64,000 bases of DNA, taken from the NCBI GenBank assembly GCA_963845755.1, contig CAWJTV010000009.1, positions 64,001 through 128,000 of the forward strand, read 5' to 3'. The position numbers were made by a program, and so were the translations under genes. Positions within the stretch are counted from its first letter, which is position 1. Every line of letters begins with the position of its first letter. Source of the DNA: an uncultured Planctomycetota bacterium (GTDB taxonomy: Bacteria; Planctomycetota; Planctomycetia; Isosphaerales; Isosphaeraceae). Of the stretch, positions 1-11,076 are shown in pieces. The notes under the pieces are model-generated. The model made no database searches. It had not been told where the DNA came from and saw nothing but the letters and a program-made list of their open reading frames with translations.

Positions 1-1052
1 TCTGTTACGTGCTCGAGCCGGTTGGCGGGGAACATGTTCGCCTGATACCAGTTCAGCGTCCACTCCAGCGCCCCTTTTCGCGCGCGCAGTTCTTTGGCCC
101 TCTCAGGGCGACCGGTCCGGAGCAGTAACTCGGCCAGACCCTCCATCGCATCCAGGGCGCCCGGGTCGCACTCCACCAGTTCCTCCAGCGCACGGCGCTC
201 CCGTTCGGTGTCGCCAGCTCGGCGAGCAAACCAGGCGCGCAAGGAGAGAAGCTCAGTCCGGGGCACTCGGTCGGATGGCAGATGCGCCAGGGCGCGCCGC
301 ACCTCGGCCTCATTTTCGGCGGCGCGGGCCCAGTCGAGCCGAACTCGCCATACGGCCGGGTCGGTCGGCCGGCGCTCCAGGCAGCGGTCAAGCCAACCAC
401 GTGCCTCTTCGAATCGTCCCTGCCTCCTGGCCAGGGTCGCCCAACCCAACCAGATTCGGTCGTCATCCGGAGCCGCTCGCGCAGCCGTCTCGAGAATGGG
501 CCGAACCTTCTCGATGGGAATCGGATTGGAGGTGTCGAGTCGGTAATGTTCCTGGATGGTTCCGACCGGGTCATAGTGGCCCCAGCCCTCACGAACGAGA
601 TGACGAGCCTCGTCGAAACGCCCCTCTAACTTGTAAAGGTGAACGAGCGTCTCCCTGGCTTCTTTCCCGAAGTCGCCGGGATCTTCCAGTGCGGCGGGCA
701 ACAGGGGCTCCGCAACCGACAGCCGATGAATCTTGAGCGCCTGGCGGGCTCTCATCATGGCGGCCCGCGCTGCATGCGGTGAGTGCGTAGGTACCCGCGC
801 CCATGCCGCCTCGGCACGGTCGAGACGCCCAAGGGCCAATTCGCAGATCCCGAGGTCGTATTGGATCTCGCCATGACCGGGCCAGCGGGCTGCCAGCCGG
901 GCCAGCCGAGGCAAAGCCGATCTAAACTTACCCGAGCGCACGTCGCGCTGCGCCTGTCCCCAATCCGACTGGAGCCGCCAGATATCGAATGCCCAGAATC
1001 CCCCACAAGCACCAAGAATTCCGATCCCATAGATCCACCATCGCCGGCGCAT
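1..1052 (-). CDS. Membrane-anchored TPR-like protein (module typical of planctomycete TPR/CRTAC1-ASPIC proteins); runs off the window edge
   Basis: Not in the ORF track (no stop in window). Translated by hand from ATG at 1052 (AGGGGG RBS): MRRRWWIYGIGILGACGGFWAF...RWPGHGEIQYDLGICELALGR...AAPDDDRIWLGWA...WLDRCLERRPTDPAVW. Clearly paralogous to the N-terminus of 47658-50726 and to 50759-52114 and 54488-55693. Confidence 0.85.
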   Translation of the reverse strand, partial: MRRRWWIYGIGILGACGGFWAFDIWRLQSDWGQAQRDVRSGKFRSALPRLARLAARWPGHGEIQYDLGICELALGRLDRAEAAWARVPTHSPHAARAAMMRARQALKIHRLSVAEPLLPAALEDPGDFGKEARETLVHLYKLEGRFDEARHLVREGWGHYDPVGTIQEHYRLDTSNPIPIEKVRPILETAARAAPDDDRIWLGWATLARRQGRFEEARGWLDRCLERRPTDPAVWRVRLDWARAAENEAEVRRALAHLPSDRVPRTELLSLRAWFARRAGDTERERRALEELVECDPGALDAMEGLAELLLRTGRPERAKELRARKGALEWTLNWYQANMFPANRLEHVT

Positions 1053-1203
1053 CAAATACCCCCTAAACGCGCGCAGAAACAACCACGCCGGAGGAGTTTA
1101 GCTCCGGCGTGGTCACGGCTAGAGCGCGTAACGATTGCATTGCGCACATGCGCCCGCCGCGAGCGATCGAGCCCACCGCAGCCAGGGGGGACGATGTCCG
1201 GCG

Positions 1204-1394
1204 GCGGCCCGCAGGGCCGCAGGAGCCAAGCCCCGGGTGAAACCCGGGGTCCGTGGCAAGCCAGCCCCCATCCCCGGCGGCCTGAAGGGCCGCAGGAGAC
1301 GTCTGGCACCCCTTCAGGGTGCACGAGGAAGGCGCGGGGTGCACGAGTCCCAGGGTTTCACCCTGGGCTGGGTTCCCGCGGCCCGTCAGGCCGC
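1204..1394. repeat. Composite REP-like palindromic repeat
   Basis: Hairpins GCCCCGGGTGAAACCCGGGG and CCCAGGGTTTCACCCTGGG in inverted orientation, with GCGGCC..GGCCGC and GCACCCCTTCAGGGTGC sub-hairpins; intergenic. Confidence 0.7.
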
Positions 1395-1506
1395 AGAACA
1401 TCGGCTGACAGAGTGTGCGCAACCCATCTGTTATGCGCTCGAGCCTCATCGGATACGACCGCGGCCAAGCAAAACGCTTCGGCCCGCGATCGACCTCTCG
1501 CGATCT

Positions 1507-2658
1507 TCAGTACGCATCGGAGCTGATGACTTCGCCGCCATTTCTGGTCCCCAGGGACCACCAGGTTGGGTAGCTGATTGAGCTCTTGACAAACTTCACG
1601 GAGCCGTCGCCGAAAAGCACATTGGCCCCACCGGGATGGGCACTGCTGGCGCCATAGCTGAAGCCATCATTGGGGAACTGACCCGGCGTTCCACCGTCGC
1701 GGCAGCCGCCGATCGGGTACTTGGAATCGTTCGGGACCTGGACGGTGTTGAACATCGACCAGCCGGTGCAGCCAATGCTCCAGCGAAATCCCCGGTCGTC
1801 CTGAATCGCGGTGAGTGACGTTTGAAACGCGGTGACGCATTGGGACAGCGAGCTGAAAATCAATGTCGGATTGGCGAAGATATTGAGCATCTTTTCGGCG
1901 CCTGCGGCGGACGTTACCGTGCCCGTAATGTAGTTACCCCGATAGCGGCTCGGATTCGTGGTATTGCCCGCGAACTCACTCCCGTTTGAATCGCCCACCA
2001 ACGCTTCGGCGTAGGCGACCGTATTGGAAGAGCCATCGGTGATACTCTGGAGACCGTAGCTCATGCCGATCGAGAAGAGACCGGTGGAGTCCGCCGCGGA
2101 TTCCCCCATTGTATAGTTGGCGGACGGGCCTAAGGTCCAGTTATAAAGGCCTGTGGTGGTCGCTCCGTAGGATGCCGCGTAGTTATTATTGTTTTGCCTC
2201 TGGCCGACGTTTGGGTCCGACGGGCACATGAACATGGAGAGGTTCGTGAGCAGGACGGTCTGGTTGCAGTCGGAGGCAGACGCGACGCTCGCCTGGCCGC
2301 TGAAATTGCTCGCATCCAGAACGGACCACGAGAAATTGCAGGCGTTATAGAGAGGTGCCTGTTCCAGGTAGCCCAGCATCAACGCCTGGGCGCTCCAGGC
2401 CGACCAGATTGACTGGGCGAGACCTGGCGAATTGTTCTGGGGTGCAATGCTGCTTCCCATCGGGAAGACGCCCATGCCCGTGTGGTAATTGTGCATGGCC
2501 AGGCCGATTTGCTTCATATTGTTGACGCATTGGATGCGCCGCGCGGCTTCACGCGCTGACTGAACGGCCGGCAGCAGGAGCGCGATCAAAACCGCGATGA
2601 TGGCGATGACAACCAGGAGCTCGATCAAAGTAAAACCGGCACGTGTACGTTGCCTCAC
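1507..2658 (-). CDS. DUF1559 domain prepilin-type protein with H-X9-DG C-terminal motif
   Basis: [34 protein letters not shown] type IV pilin cleavage/methylation motif, [29 protein letters not shown] start with AAGGGA RBS. Confidence 0.95.
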   Translation of the reverse strand: MRQRTRAGFTLIELLVVIAIIAVLIALLLPAVQSAREAARRIQCVNNMKQIGLAMHNYHTGMGVFPMGSSIAPQNNSPGLAQSIWSAWSAQALMLGYLEQAPLYNACNFSWSVLDASNFSGQASVASASDCNQTVLLTNLSMFMCPSDPNVGQRQNNNNYAASYGATTTGLYNWTLGPSANYTMGESAADSTGLFSIGMSYGLQSITDGSSNTVAYAEALVGDSNGSEFAGNTTNPSRYRGNYITGTVTSAAGAEKMLNIFANPTLIFSSLSQCVTAFQTSLTAIQDDRGFRWSIGCTGWSMFNTVQVPNDSKYPIGGCRDGGTPGQFPNDGFSYGASSAHPGGANVLFGDGSVKFVKSSISYPTWWSLGTRNGGEVISSDAY

Positions 2659-2827
2659 GAGAAAGTCCCTTCTTGATAGAGAAATGGAGAAGTGAGTGAG
2701 GGATCTCGGTCGCGGATCGGACGAAGCGACTCACCCGATCGGCCGAGGGCATCGGCTCGAGCGATACCGACGCGGGGGATTCCGTCGAGTTCGCGCAGGC
2801 GCGTACTCGGGCATCAGAGATGCTCGG

Positions 2828-3040
2828 CTAATGCTTCTTCTTGACCCGAGCAGGCAGCTTCGCTTGGGCCGCTTCGCTCTGTCCTGGGTTGGAGCTGCCG
2901 AGTTTCTTGAGGATGTTCGACTCGATGGGCTTGTATTCCGCCTTCGCTCCACCCGAGTCACAGCCGGACAGGGCACTAGCCAGCCCGATGAACAGGCCCA
3001 GACCGAGGGTCGCGACGCAAGTCTTCCCGTAGAATCGCAT
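2828..3040 (-). CDS. Small (70 aa) putative lipoprotein upstream of DUF1559 gene
   Basis: ATG at 3040 with GGAG RBS; MRFYGKTCVATLGLGLFIGLASALSGC lipobox (LSGC) and a Lys-rich tail. Confidence 0.75.
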   Translation of the reverse strand: MRFYGKTCVATLGLGLFIGLASALSGCDSGGAKAEYKPIESNILKKLGSSNPGQSEAAQAKLPARVKKKH

Positions 3041-3347
3041 GAAATCACTCCGTCGTGTATCGATTCCTCCGACCTCTCCGCGGGTCCATCGCGACGCGGT
3101 CCGGCGGGGAACTGAGAGGAGTCCGTGCAGCGAAAGCCGGATCCATCGATCTTGACACGTGCCGCGCCCCGCAACTACCATCCACTAGAATCCTCGTCAA
3201 ATCGCGTCAAATCCCCGACACGTTTTTTGGGCTCGTGCGACCGAACCTATCACCGGCCCGTTGTCATGCGAGCCCGGCAGGCCCTGGGGGGTTCGTTCGC
3301 TTGACGGATTGACGGGGGTGACTATCCCCATCAGAAGGCGTTCGGCC

Positions 3348-3962
3348 ATGAACTCACCCTCTCCGGTCGGGATCTGGGTCTCTCAGCTCAAGGACGGTGA
3401 TCCTCAAGCAGCCCAACAGCTTTGGAACACCTATTTCTTTCGGATGGTGAAAGTGGCGCGGTGCAAGCTTCATGGCGCGCCCGCCGGGATGGCCGATGAG
3501 GAGGATGTGGCCCTCAGTGCGTTCAAGAGCTTTTGTCGAGGGACCCGGGACGGTCGATTTACCGACTTGCAGGATCACGAGGATCCCTGGCCCCTCCTCC
3601 TGGCGCTCACGACCCACAAGGCGATCGATCTGCTCCGGTACGAGCGGCGGGCCAAGCGGGGCGGACCCGACAAGAAACATGCCCCGCCGGCGGGTCTGGA
3701 GGAGGCGCCGGGTGCGGACATTGGCATGTCGCAACTGATCGGCAAGGAGCCGGATCCTCAAGCCGCGGTTCAGGCTGCCGAGGAATGCCAGGAGATCCTC
3801 GATCGGTTCAGCGATACGATCCTTCGCGCCATCGCGCTATGGAAGATGGAGGGGTTCACGACCGAGGAGATCGCTTCCAAACTCGATTGCACCACGCGTA
3901 CCGTCGAGCGAAAGCTCCAGCTCATTCGCAGGCTTTGGGGCTGTGGAGCACCCTCACGATGA
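3348..3962 (+). CDS. ECF-type RNA polymerase sigma factor (planctomycete kinase-associated type)
   Basis: GDPQAAQQLW..YF.RM, DEEDVALSAFKSF, C-terminal HTH EGFTTEEIASKLDCTTRTVERKL; its stop overlaps the kinase start (ATGA). Confidence 0.92.
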   Translation: MNSPSPVGIWVSQLKDGDPQAAQQLWNTYFFRMVKVARCKLHGAPAGMADEEDVALSAFKSFCRGTRDGRFTDLQDHEDPWPLLLALTTHKAIDLLRYERRAKRGGPDKKHAPPAGLEEAPGADIGMSQLIGKEPDPQAAVQAAEECQEILDRFSDTILRAIALWKMEGFTTEEIASKLDCTTRTVERKLQLIRRLWGCGAPSR

Positions 3963-6900
3963 TCGCCGACTCGGAGCCCTCGCAGGGTCAGGATGGGGTG
4001 ACCGACTCGGAGCTTTGGCGAATCGACCAGATCTGCGACGGTTTCGAGACGGCCTGGAAGTCGGAGCGCCGGCCACCGATCGAAGGGTTTCTCGAGGCTA
4101 CGGCCGGCGCGAGTCGCCGGCTCCTCCTCCGCGAGCTCGTGCTCCTCGATGTCCAGTACCGGCGGCGCCAGCGAGAAACTCCGGCGATCGCCGAGTATCG
4201 AGATCGGTTTCCCGAGCTGGACGAGACGTGGCTGGACGCCGAGCTGACCGCGGATCTCCGCGACGACACGGCCACCGGCGACAGGGGTGATCGCGCGGAG
4301 GCGTCGCCGGAGAATCCCAACGCGAGATCACCCTTTGCTGGGGACCACGAACCGAGGAAGTTCGGCAAGTTTCAGCTTCTCGAGCGGGTCGGCGTCGGCG
4401 GTTTTGGGACGGTCTGGCGCACGCGCGACGTCCAGTTGAACCGAATCGTCGCGCTCAAGATCCCGCACGCCCACCTGACCGAGACCGCCGGTGAGGTTGC
4501 GAGGTTCTACGGAGAGGCCCGGGCGGCCGCCCAGCTCCGACATCCTGGTATCGTCACCGTCCACGAGGTCACGGATCTCAACGGCCTGCCCATCCTCGTG
4601 TGCGATTTCGTCGCCGGCCCGACGCTGCGCGACTTGCTCGGCACGCGCCGGCTCGGCCGTCGGGCCGCGGTCAAGCTGGTCGCGAAGGTCGCCGACGCGC
4701 TGGCCTACGCCCACTCCATGGGGGCCATTCATCGCGACATCAAGCCGGCCAACATCATGCTCGACACCGCCGTTGCCGACTCGGGAGCAGTCCCCGACGA
4801 CGCGGGTTCGGATTGGCCCGGTGAACCCCGGATCGTCGATTTCGGCCTGGCGTTCCTCGACCAGGAGTCCATCCATCTGACCCAGGAGGGGGCGATCATC
4901 GGGACTCCGGCTTACATGAGCCCGGAGCAAGCGGTCGGCCGCGACTCGGCACATCCGATCGACCATCGCACGGATGTTTACAGCCTGGGCGTGGTCCTCT
5001 ATGAGCTACTGACTGGATCGCTTCCTTTCGCGGGGACCCGATCGGAGCTGCTCAACAAGGTCATCGGTTCCGATCCTCCGAGTCCCCGGCGATTCGACCG
5101 GGCCATTCCTCGCGACCTGGAAAGCATCTGCCTGAAGACCATCGCCAAGGAGCCGCGGCACCGTTATCTCTCGGCCCGCGAGCTGGCCGACGATCTGCGC
5201 GGCTTCCTCGAAGGCGAGCCGGTCCGGGCCCGCCCGATCAGCCTGTGGCAACGCGCGCTCCGCCGGGCGCATCGACGGCCGGCCGAGGCGGCCCTGTGGC
5301 TGATGGGGGCCGTGACGTTGCTGGCGGTCTTCGGCCTGGCCATCGGCTATCGCTACCACCTGCGGCTGGAGCATGAGTTCCGGGCGACCGATGCCGCACG
5401 CCGTGCCGCCGACCAGGAGCGGAGGCGCGCCGAGCGCTTCCTCTACTTCCACCGCATGGCGCTGGCCGAGCGCGAGTGGTCGGCCAACAACATCGATCGC
5501 GTCGAGCGCCTGCTCGAGGATTGTCCCCCGCCCCTCCGTGGATGGGAGTGGCGCTATTTGAAAGGGCAGTGCCATCATGAGCTGCTCTCCATGGATCACT
5601 CTCCCTCAGCGACCGGCTCCTACACCGTGACCTGCGTGCAATACAGCCCCGACGGCAAGGCCGTCGCCTCCGCGAGCAAGGACGGTACGATTCGCCTCTG
5701 GGATTCCGCGACCGGCCGGCTAATCAGGCTGTTGGGCCGGCACAAGAACGCCGCGTTCTCCCTGGCGTTCCGGCCCGGCGGCCAGGAGCTGGCTTCCGCG
5801 GGCGAACACGGAAACATCCGGATCTGGGATCCTCGAGCCGGATCCTTGCTGCGGACCCTGCCCACGGGGACCGACACGATCTATGCGTTGAGCTACAGCC
5901 CGGATGGACGACTCCTGGCCTCGGGTGACGGATTTCCTCCGTTCGAAGAGCCCTATCACATGCGCGGGCAGGGTGTCGTCCGCATCTGGGATGCGGCGAC
6001 CGGACAGATGATCCATACGCTGCGGGGTCATACTCAGAACGTCATGGGTGTGGCGTTCAGCCCCGATGGCCGGACGCTCGCCTCGGTCAGCGGCTCCTCG
6101 CTGACCGTGCCGCAAACCGCGAGCAAGCCGGGCGAGCTGTTCCTCTGGAACACCGCAACCGGCGAGCGCGTTCGCAACGTGACCGGTCATGCCGGGCCGC
6201 TCACGGGCGTCAGCTACGACCCCGGCGGAAACCTGATCGCAACCTCGAGCTGGGACCGCACGATCCGGCTTTGGGACGCCGGCACCGGCGACTTGCGGCA
6301 CTCCCTCACCGGTCACCGGGACTGGGTGCTCCACGCGGCGTTCAGCCCCGACGGCGGGCGGATCGCGAGCAGTGGTGCCGATGGGGCGATCAAGGTCTGG
6401 GACAGCGCGAGCGGCCAGGAACTCTGGACCCTGCGCGGCCACACCAAGAACGTCACTTGCGTGACCTTCAGTCCGGATGGACGCCGGCTGGCGTCGAGCA
6501 GCTCGGATCAGACGGTCCGGATCTGGGACGCCACGGCTAGCCCCGAGGCGCACGCCTGGCGCGGCGCCGTCGGGCCGATCGCGCGAATCGCCTTCTTCCC
6601 CGACGGTCATCGACTCCTGGTGGCCGGGAACATCGAGGACGCCCCGGGCCGGGTCCGTCACCGCTTGACGATCCTCGACACAGCCCAGGGCCTACGTGAG
6701 GCGGCGTTCGATGATGCCGATGACTCCGGGCGCGGCCGGCCGATTGATGGGATCGCCATCCGGCGCGATGGCCGGCTCGTCGCCTCAGCATCGCAGAGCG
6801 GACGGATCGAGGCGTGGTCCGTCCCGGAGGCGCGATCGTGCTTTCGCTACGATGAACCGACGAGTCGATTCGAGGACGTCGCCTTCAGCCCCGATGGACT

Positions 6901-7571
6901 CCGGCTGGCCGCCGCGGGTCAGGTGGATTCCCGCCTGCCAAACGGCGAACCCGCCCCCCGACCCGAGACGGAGGGCAACGGCCTCGTGCTCGTCCTAGAG
7001 CTCGAGACCGGCAAGGTCCTCTGGCGAGTCGGCGGCGTGAACACGGGACTCATCCGGGACCTCGCCTTCAGCCCCGATGGCCAGACCCTTGCCACGGCAG
7101 ACAACACCAGCACGATCACGATCTGGGATGGTCAGACCGGGGGTGTGCGGCGCCAGCTCCGCGGGCACAATCGGCTGGTCTCTTATCTCGCGTTCAGCCC
7201 GGACGGGACGAAACTCGCATCGGCGAGCTGGGATTCGACGGTCGTGCTCTGGGACCTCGCCGACAGCCGCGCGATGACGCGGCTACAGGGACACATGCGG
7301 CTCGGTTCTCGGCGTGGCGTTCAGCCCGGATGGACGCCGGCTGGCGACCTCGAGCGAGGATCAGACCGTCAGGCTCTGGGACGTCGAGACGGGCCAGGAA
7401 GTGTTGACCCTGCACGGCCACACCGACATCGTGCCCACGGTCGCCTTCAGCCCCGACGGGAACCGGCTGGCCACCGCGGGCGCCGATGGCGTCGTCCTGG
7501 TCCGCGAGGCCAGCCCCGCCTATGGCACCGGATCCGCACCGACACCGACTTCTTCGCGTTTCCTGCCCTGA
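3959..7571 (+). CDS. Ser/Thr protein kinase with TM segment and C-terminal WD40 repeats; frameshift near 7300
   Basis: [39 protein letters not shown] motifs; many [21 protein letters not shown] repeats. The last repeats continue in frame 7314-7571 after one extra base (CACATGCGG-C-TCGGTT). Confidence 0.93.
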
Positions 7572-7956
7572 TTTCGATCTGGAGTGTCAATCGTGACGAC
7601 CGAAGAGCGCCGTTGGCCCGCGCCGTCGGAAGCGGCTGACTCGACTTGAGCCCCGACTTCGTCCCCCTCCCAAACCGGCGCGGGGCCAGCGCGCGCCGTG
7701 GTTCCGATTGGTCCCGCCCCGCGTTCGTCTCAGCCCCGGGGTGATTTGGGACGATCGCGTGCGTCGCGCCGGGCGCAGGAATCAAGACGATGCCCTGAAC
7801 ACGAACCCATACCCGTCAACCGCTTTGAAGATGCACTTCACCGGACGGACACTCACGATCGAGTCGAGCGCGCTACCGGGCCGATGCGAAGATCACTCCG
7901 GCAAGGCCATGAATCCTCCGAGCGTGTGCCAGCCAACCGTCCCGCGATTCCGTCGG

Positions 7957-8571
7957 TTACCCCGGGCGCCGAAATCGGCGCGCACCATAACCGAGGCTGG
8001 CGATCGCACCGATCAGGCCAAGGGTGAAGGTCGAGGGCTCGGGAATGGCCGTTGGAGTCAGAACAATCTCCACAGTTTGCGGCCCTGAAGCGGATATGCT
8101 AAACCCCACACCAATGCTTGTCGTAGCACCGGCCACGAGGCCGGGCGGCCCATTAAATGTCACGGTCGTCGTCATCGGGAAGGGCGGAATAAAAGTTGTA
8201 CCGTTCGAGAAGGTGGCGCCTTGCCAACTCGCTTCGTTAAACGTCGAGCCGGCTGGTGCACTGACCAGAAAGGCATAAAACGAGGGAAAGGTACTGCTGG
8301 TGGAGTTTGTGATGTTCCCAAAGGGAGCGCCGACGAAGTAGTTTCCCGTGCCATTGAGAGTGAGAAAGAAATCGATCGGGCCTGCCGCTGTATAGTTGGC
8401 ATCGAACTGGATGGAATCGTCAGTCGTGAATGTTGTCTCGATCGCGAGGTTCGTCACCGTTCCACCTGGTCCGCTGGCGCTGGCGCCAGTAAACCCGGCG
8501 GAGGCGTGCCGAGCGAACAGGATGCCGAACGCCGAAACCAGAATTCCCACACCGATCAGTCTACGCATCAT
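7957..8571 (-). CDS. PEP-CTERM sorting domain protein
   Basis: Signal peptide MMRRLIGVGILVSAFGILFARHASA, Thr/Ser/Gly-rich body, C-terminal IPEPSTFTLGLIGAIASLGYGARRFRR. Confidence 0.9.
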   Translation of the reverse strand: MMRRLIGVGILVSAFGILFARHASAGFTGASASGPGGTVTNLAIETTFTTDDSIQFDANYTAAGPIDFFLTLNGTGNYFVGAPFGNITNSTSSTFPSFYAFLVSAPAGSTFNEASWQGATFSNGTTFIPPFPMTTTVTFNGPPGLVAGATTSIGVGFSISASGPQTVEIVLTPTAIPEPSTFTLGLIGAIASLGYGARRFRRPG

Positions 8572-8987
8572 CGCTGAAGTCCCTTGCAGAAAAACATCGA
8601 CACCAAAATTGGACGACTCATTGCAATGGTTCTTGCCCTGAGGCAACAGTTATCTGGCGGTCGACTCCGCATGTCAATCGCTTGCTGCTCGGCGTTCATA
8701 ATGTTCAACAATTCCACTGAGAAGCTTGGCGATGACGTGGGTTTTTCGGAACGCCAGCAGGCCGAACGCGTGTCTGCAACCTCGTTTTCGCTTCACAAGA
8801 GTGGATATGCAAAGCCCCACCGCGTTGTAATGTTCCGTATGGAACGTCATAAAACTGAAATGAACGTTTAAAGTATTTTTCGTTCGTTTTTGGCTCTGTG
8901 ATGTCCCGAGACAACACACGTTGATTCTCGGCAACGGGGGGACGGAGACGTAGCGAGCTTGGGGGGCACAAAGACAGCCATCTGGAG

Positions 8988-9112
8988 GACCGGCAGGTCG
9001 GCAGCGGCCCGACGGAGGCGACGTGCAAGACGCTCACGGCCCGCCTGAAGGGCTCGGGCATGTGCTGGGACGCCGCCGAGGCGATCCTGGCGCTGGAAGC
9101 CTTGGAACTCCT
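8988..9112 (+). pseudogene. C-terminal remnant of an ISKra4-like DDE transposase
   Basis: Reads DRQVGSGPTEATCKTLTARLKGSGMCWDAAEAILALEAL, matching the GSG..E..CK....RLK..GM.W motif of ISKra4-family transposases; no upstream coding part. Confidence 0.7.
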
Positions 9113-9273
9113 AATTCAACCACGAAATCCACGAAAAACACGAAATATAAAAAAACGAGAATTGGCTATCCATCTCCTTCACTCTCTGGATTTTTCGTGG
9201 ATTTCGTGGTTGAACTCTTCAAGGGAGAAGGGTCAAGAGCTGTGAGGGGCCGGGTCGTTTCAGGCGCTCTTAG
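9111..9273. repeat. MITE-like element copy 1 with perfect 24-bp inverted repeat
   Basis: TTCAACCACGAAATCCACGAAAAA (9115-9138) and its exact reverse complement (9191-9214); 9140-9270 aligns with 17991-18123. Confidence 0.8.
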
Positions 9274-9427
9274 CCAGAGCGGCCAATTTTGCCGCGCTCC
9301 CAAATCGCGGCTGCTGACTCGACGGTTGTGTCTTCCTCCCCAAGAAACCTCCCGTTGGGGAACATCGCGGTCTCCAGGTCGGTTAGCGGGGTGTCCGCCG
9401 GGGACACTTCACCGAAGATCCCATCCA

Positions 9428-9694
9428 TCAGCAACCTGTCGGAATACGCCGAGGATTCCCGCACCGGTTCCCGGTCGTCGGCCGCGTCACTTCCGTTTCT
9501 CCGCCGCGCAAGTAGGCGAGCTCGTAGGGGTCGAGCCGGGCCGGGATCACCGGCGGCTCCCTGTGCCGCGTCCCATCCGACGACCGAACCGACTTGTAAC
9601 CGGCCAGGATCACGGCCCAGATGGCCATGGCGTAGAACAGCAGGAGGTATTCGCCGTCCATGCCCGCGACCGGGTTGTTCAGGAGCCCATTCAT
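9428..9694 (-). pseudogene. Truncated TIGR04222-like membrane protein
   Basis: ATG 9694 with GAGGAG RBS; MNGLLNNPVAGMDGEYLLLFYAMAIWAVIL...LDPYELAYLRGG, the motif of TIGR04222 proteins; similarity ends right after it. Confidence 0.6.
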
Positions 9695-10182
9695 CGCACT
9701 CCTCAAGCATCGGGAGAAGGTTCTTTCGTCGATCCTCCGAATGTCTGAATGAAGATTCGATCGAGGCCGACAAGAATTCCATGAAGCCGTCAGCCTGCCT
9801 TCGTTCAGGGCTTCCGATGCATCCAGTGCCGCCAGCCGCTCACCAACGCGCTTCGACGGGGCACGCTGGTCATCCTGTCGTGGTCCGAACTGTAGCCTTT
9901 GGCCGACGACTCGGCAGTGGCCCGGCCCACGACGGCGCCTTCACCCGGCTCGTCCGCGCCCCAGAACGGACCGGGGACACGCCATCACGCCGCAGGTTGA
10001 ATGCCGAACGGGGTTCGTAGGGTGGACGCGAGATCCGGGGACTCGCGTGTGGACCTCGCTGCCTGATGCGGCAGAATCAGAGACCCTCCAGAAAGTCCAC
10101 ACCTCGTCCTTCGGCCGGAACCGCCCCGGGTGCACGTCCAACGGCGTAACCCGGAAACCTCGAGCCGCGGGCTGCGAAGCCC

Positions 10183-10911
10183 TCACCACTTGCCGAAATG
10201 CGCCCCGCTGTCGACATGCAGCACCTCGCCGGTCACCTGCGAAGCTTCCGTCAGGTACAGTACCGCATCGGCAATATCTTTCACGTCGGAAATCCGACCC
10301 ATCGGCGACAGCGTCTTCAAGAACTCCTTCGGGTTTTTCTCGTGGAGCGGGGTGTCCACGACGCCCGGAGCAACCACGTTCACGCGGATGCCGTCCTTCG
10401 CATACTCCAACGCCAGGCTCCGGGTCACCGCGTTCAGGCCGCCCTTGGTGATCATGGGGACCGCGGCGTTGACCCCGGCGATTGGGTTGTTGACCAGCGA
10501 GGCGGTGATGGTCACAATACTTCCGCCGGATTTCTGGGCCAGCATCTGCTTGATTGCGAGCTGTGTGATGTAGAGGAACCCTTCGAGGTTGGTCGACACG
10601 AGCGACTTGAAATCCCCGGCCGTGTAGTCGGTGAATGCCTTGGTGAAGAAGACTCCCGCGTTGTTGACGAGCGCATCGATCGATCCGAATCGGCCGACGG
10701 CCGTCTCGACGATCCGAGCGGCAGTGAACGCCTGGCCGATGTCGCCATCGACCAGGGCGATCCGCTCGGACTCGGCAAAGGGACCCTTCCTCGTGATGTT
10801 GCGAGAGTTCGCAACGACCTTGTAGCCCTTCTCGAGCAGCGCGGCAACCACTCCAGCCCCGATGCCCTGCGAAGCTCCGGTTACGATCGCCGTCTTCGAT
10901 TCTCCGGACAT
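10183..10911 (-). CDS. Short-chain dehydrogenase/reductase (SDR) family oxidoreductase
   Basis: TGASQGIG Rossmann motif, LVNNAG, IRVNVVAPG, VTGEVLHVDSG; atypical active-site segment PMITKGGL; GGAGGGG RBS. Confidence 0.93.
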   Translation of the reverse strand: MSGESKTAIVTGASQGIGAGVVAALLEKGYKVVANSRNITRKGPFAESERIALVDGDIGQAFTAARIVETAVGRFGSIDALVNNAGVFFTKAFTDYTAGDFKSLVSTNLEGFLYITQLAIKQMLAQKSGGSIVTITASLVNNPIAGVNAAVPMITKGGLNAVTRSLALEYAKDGIRVNVVAPGVVDTPLHEKNPKEFLKTLSPMGRISDVKDIADAVLYLTEASQVTGEVLHVDSGAHFGKW

Positions 10912-11076
10912 GGCCCCCTCCTGAATTCAAGCTCAAACGCCCGACACCGGACAAACGATGTCCGGATTATGCCGCCACGGCTCGGCGAGAGGCGAACCCG
11001 AAGGCCCAGGATAATTCCCAAAGAACCGGATCACCAGGGTCTCCGTGGGCATAATCCGTTATCCGGCATTAGGGAA

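Noticed and set aside
3533..3958. N-terminal 142 aa of the 1368-aa ORF and its tail to 7639
   Set aside because: The N-terminal part overlaps the ECF gene in another frame; the real start is ATG 3959. The tail after ~7300 is out-of-frame sequence caused by a frameshift.
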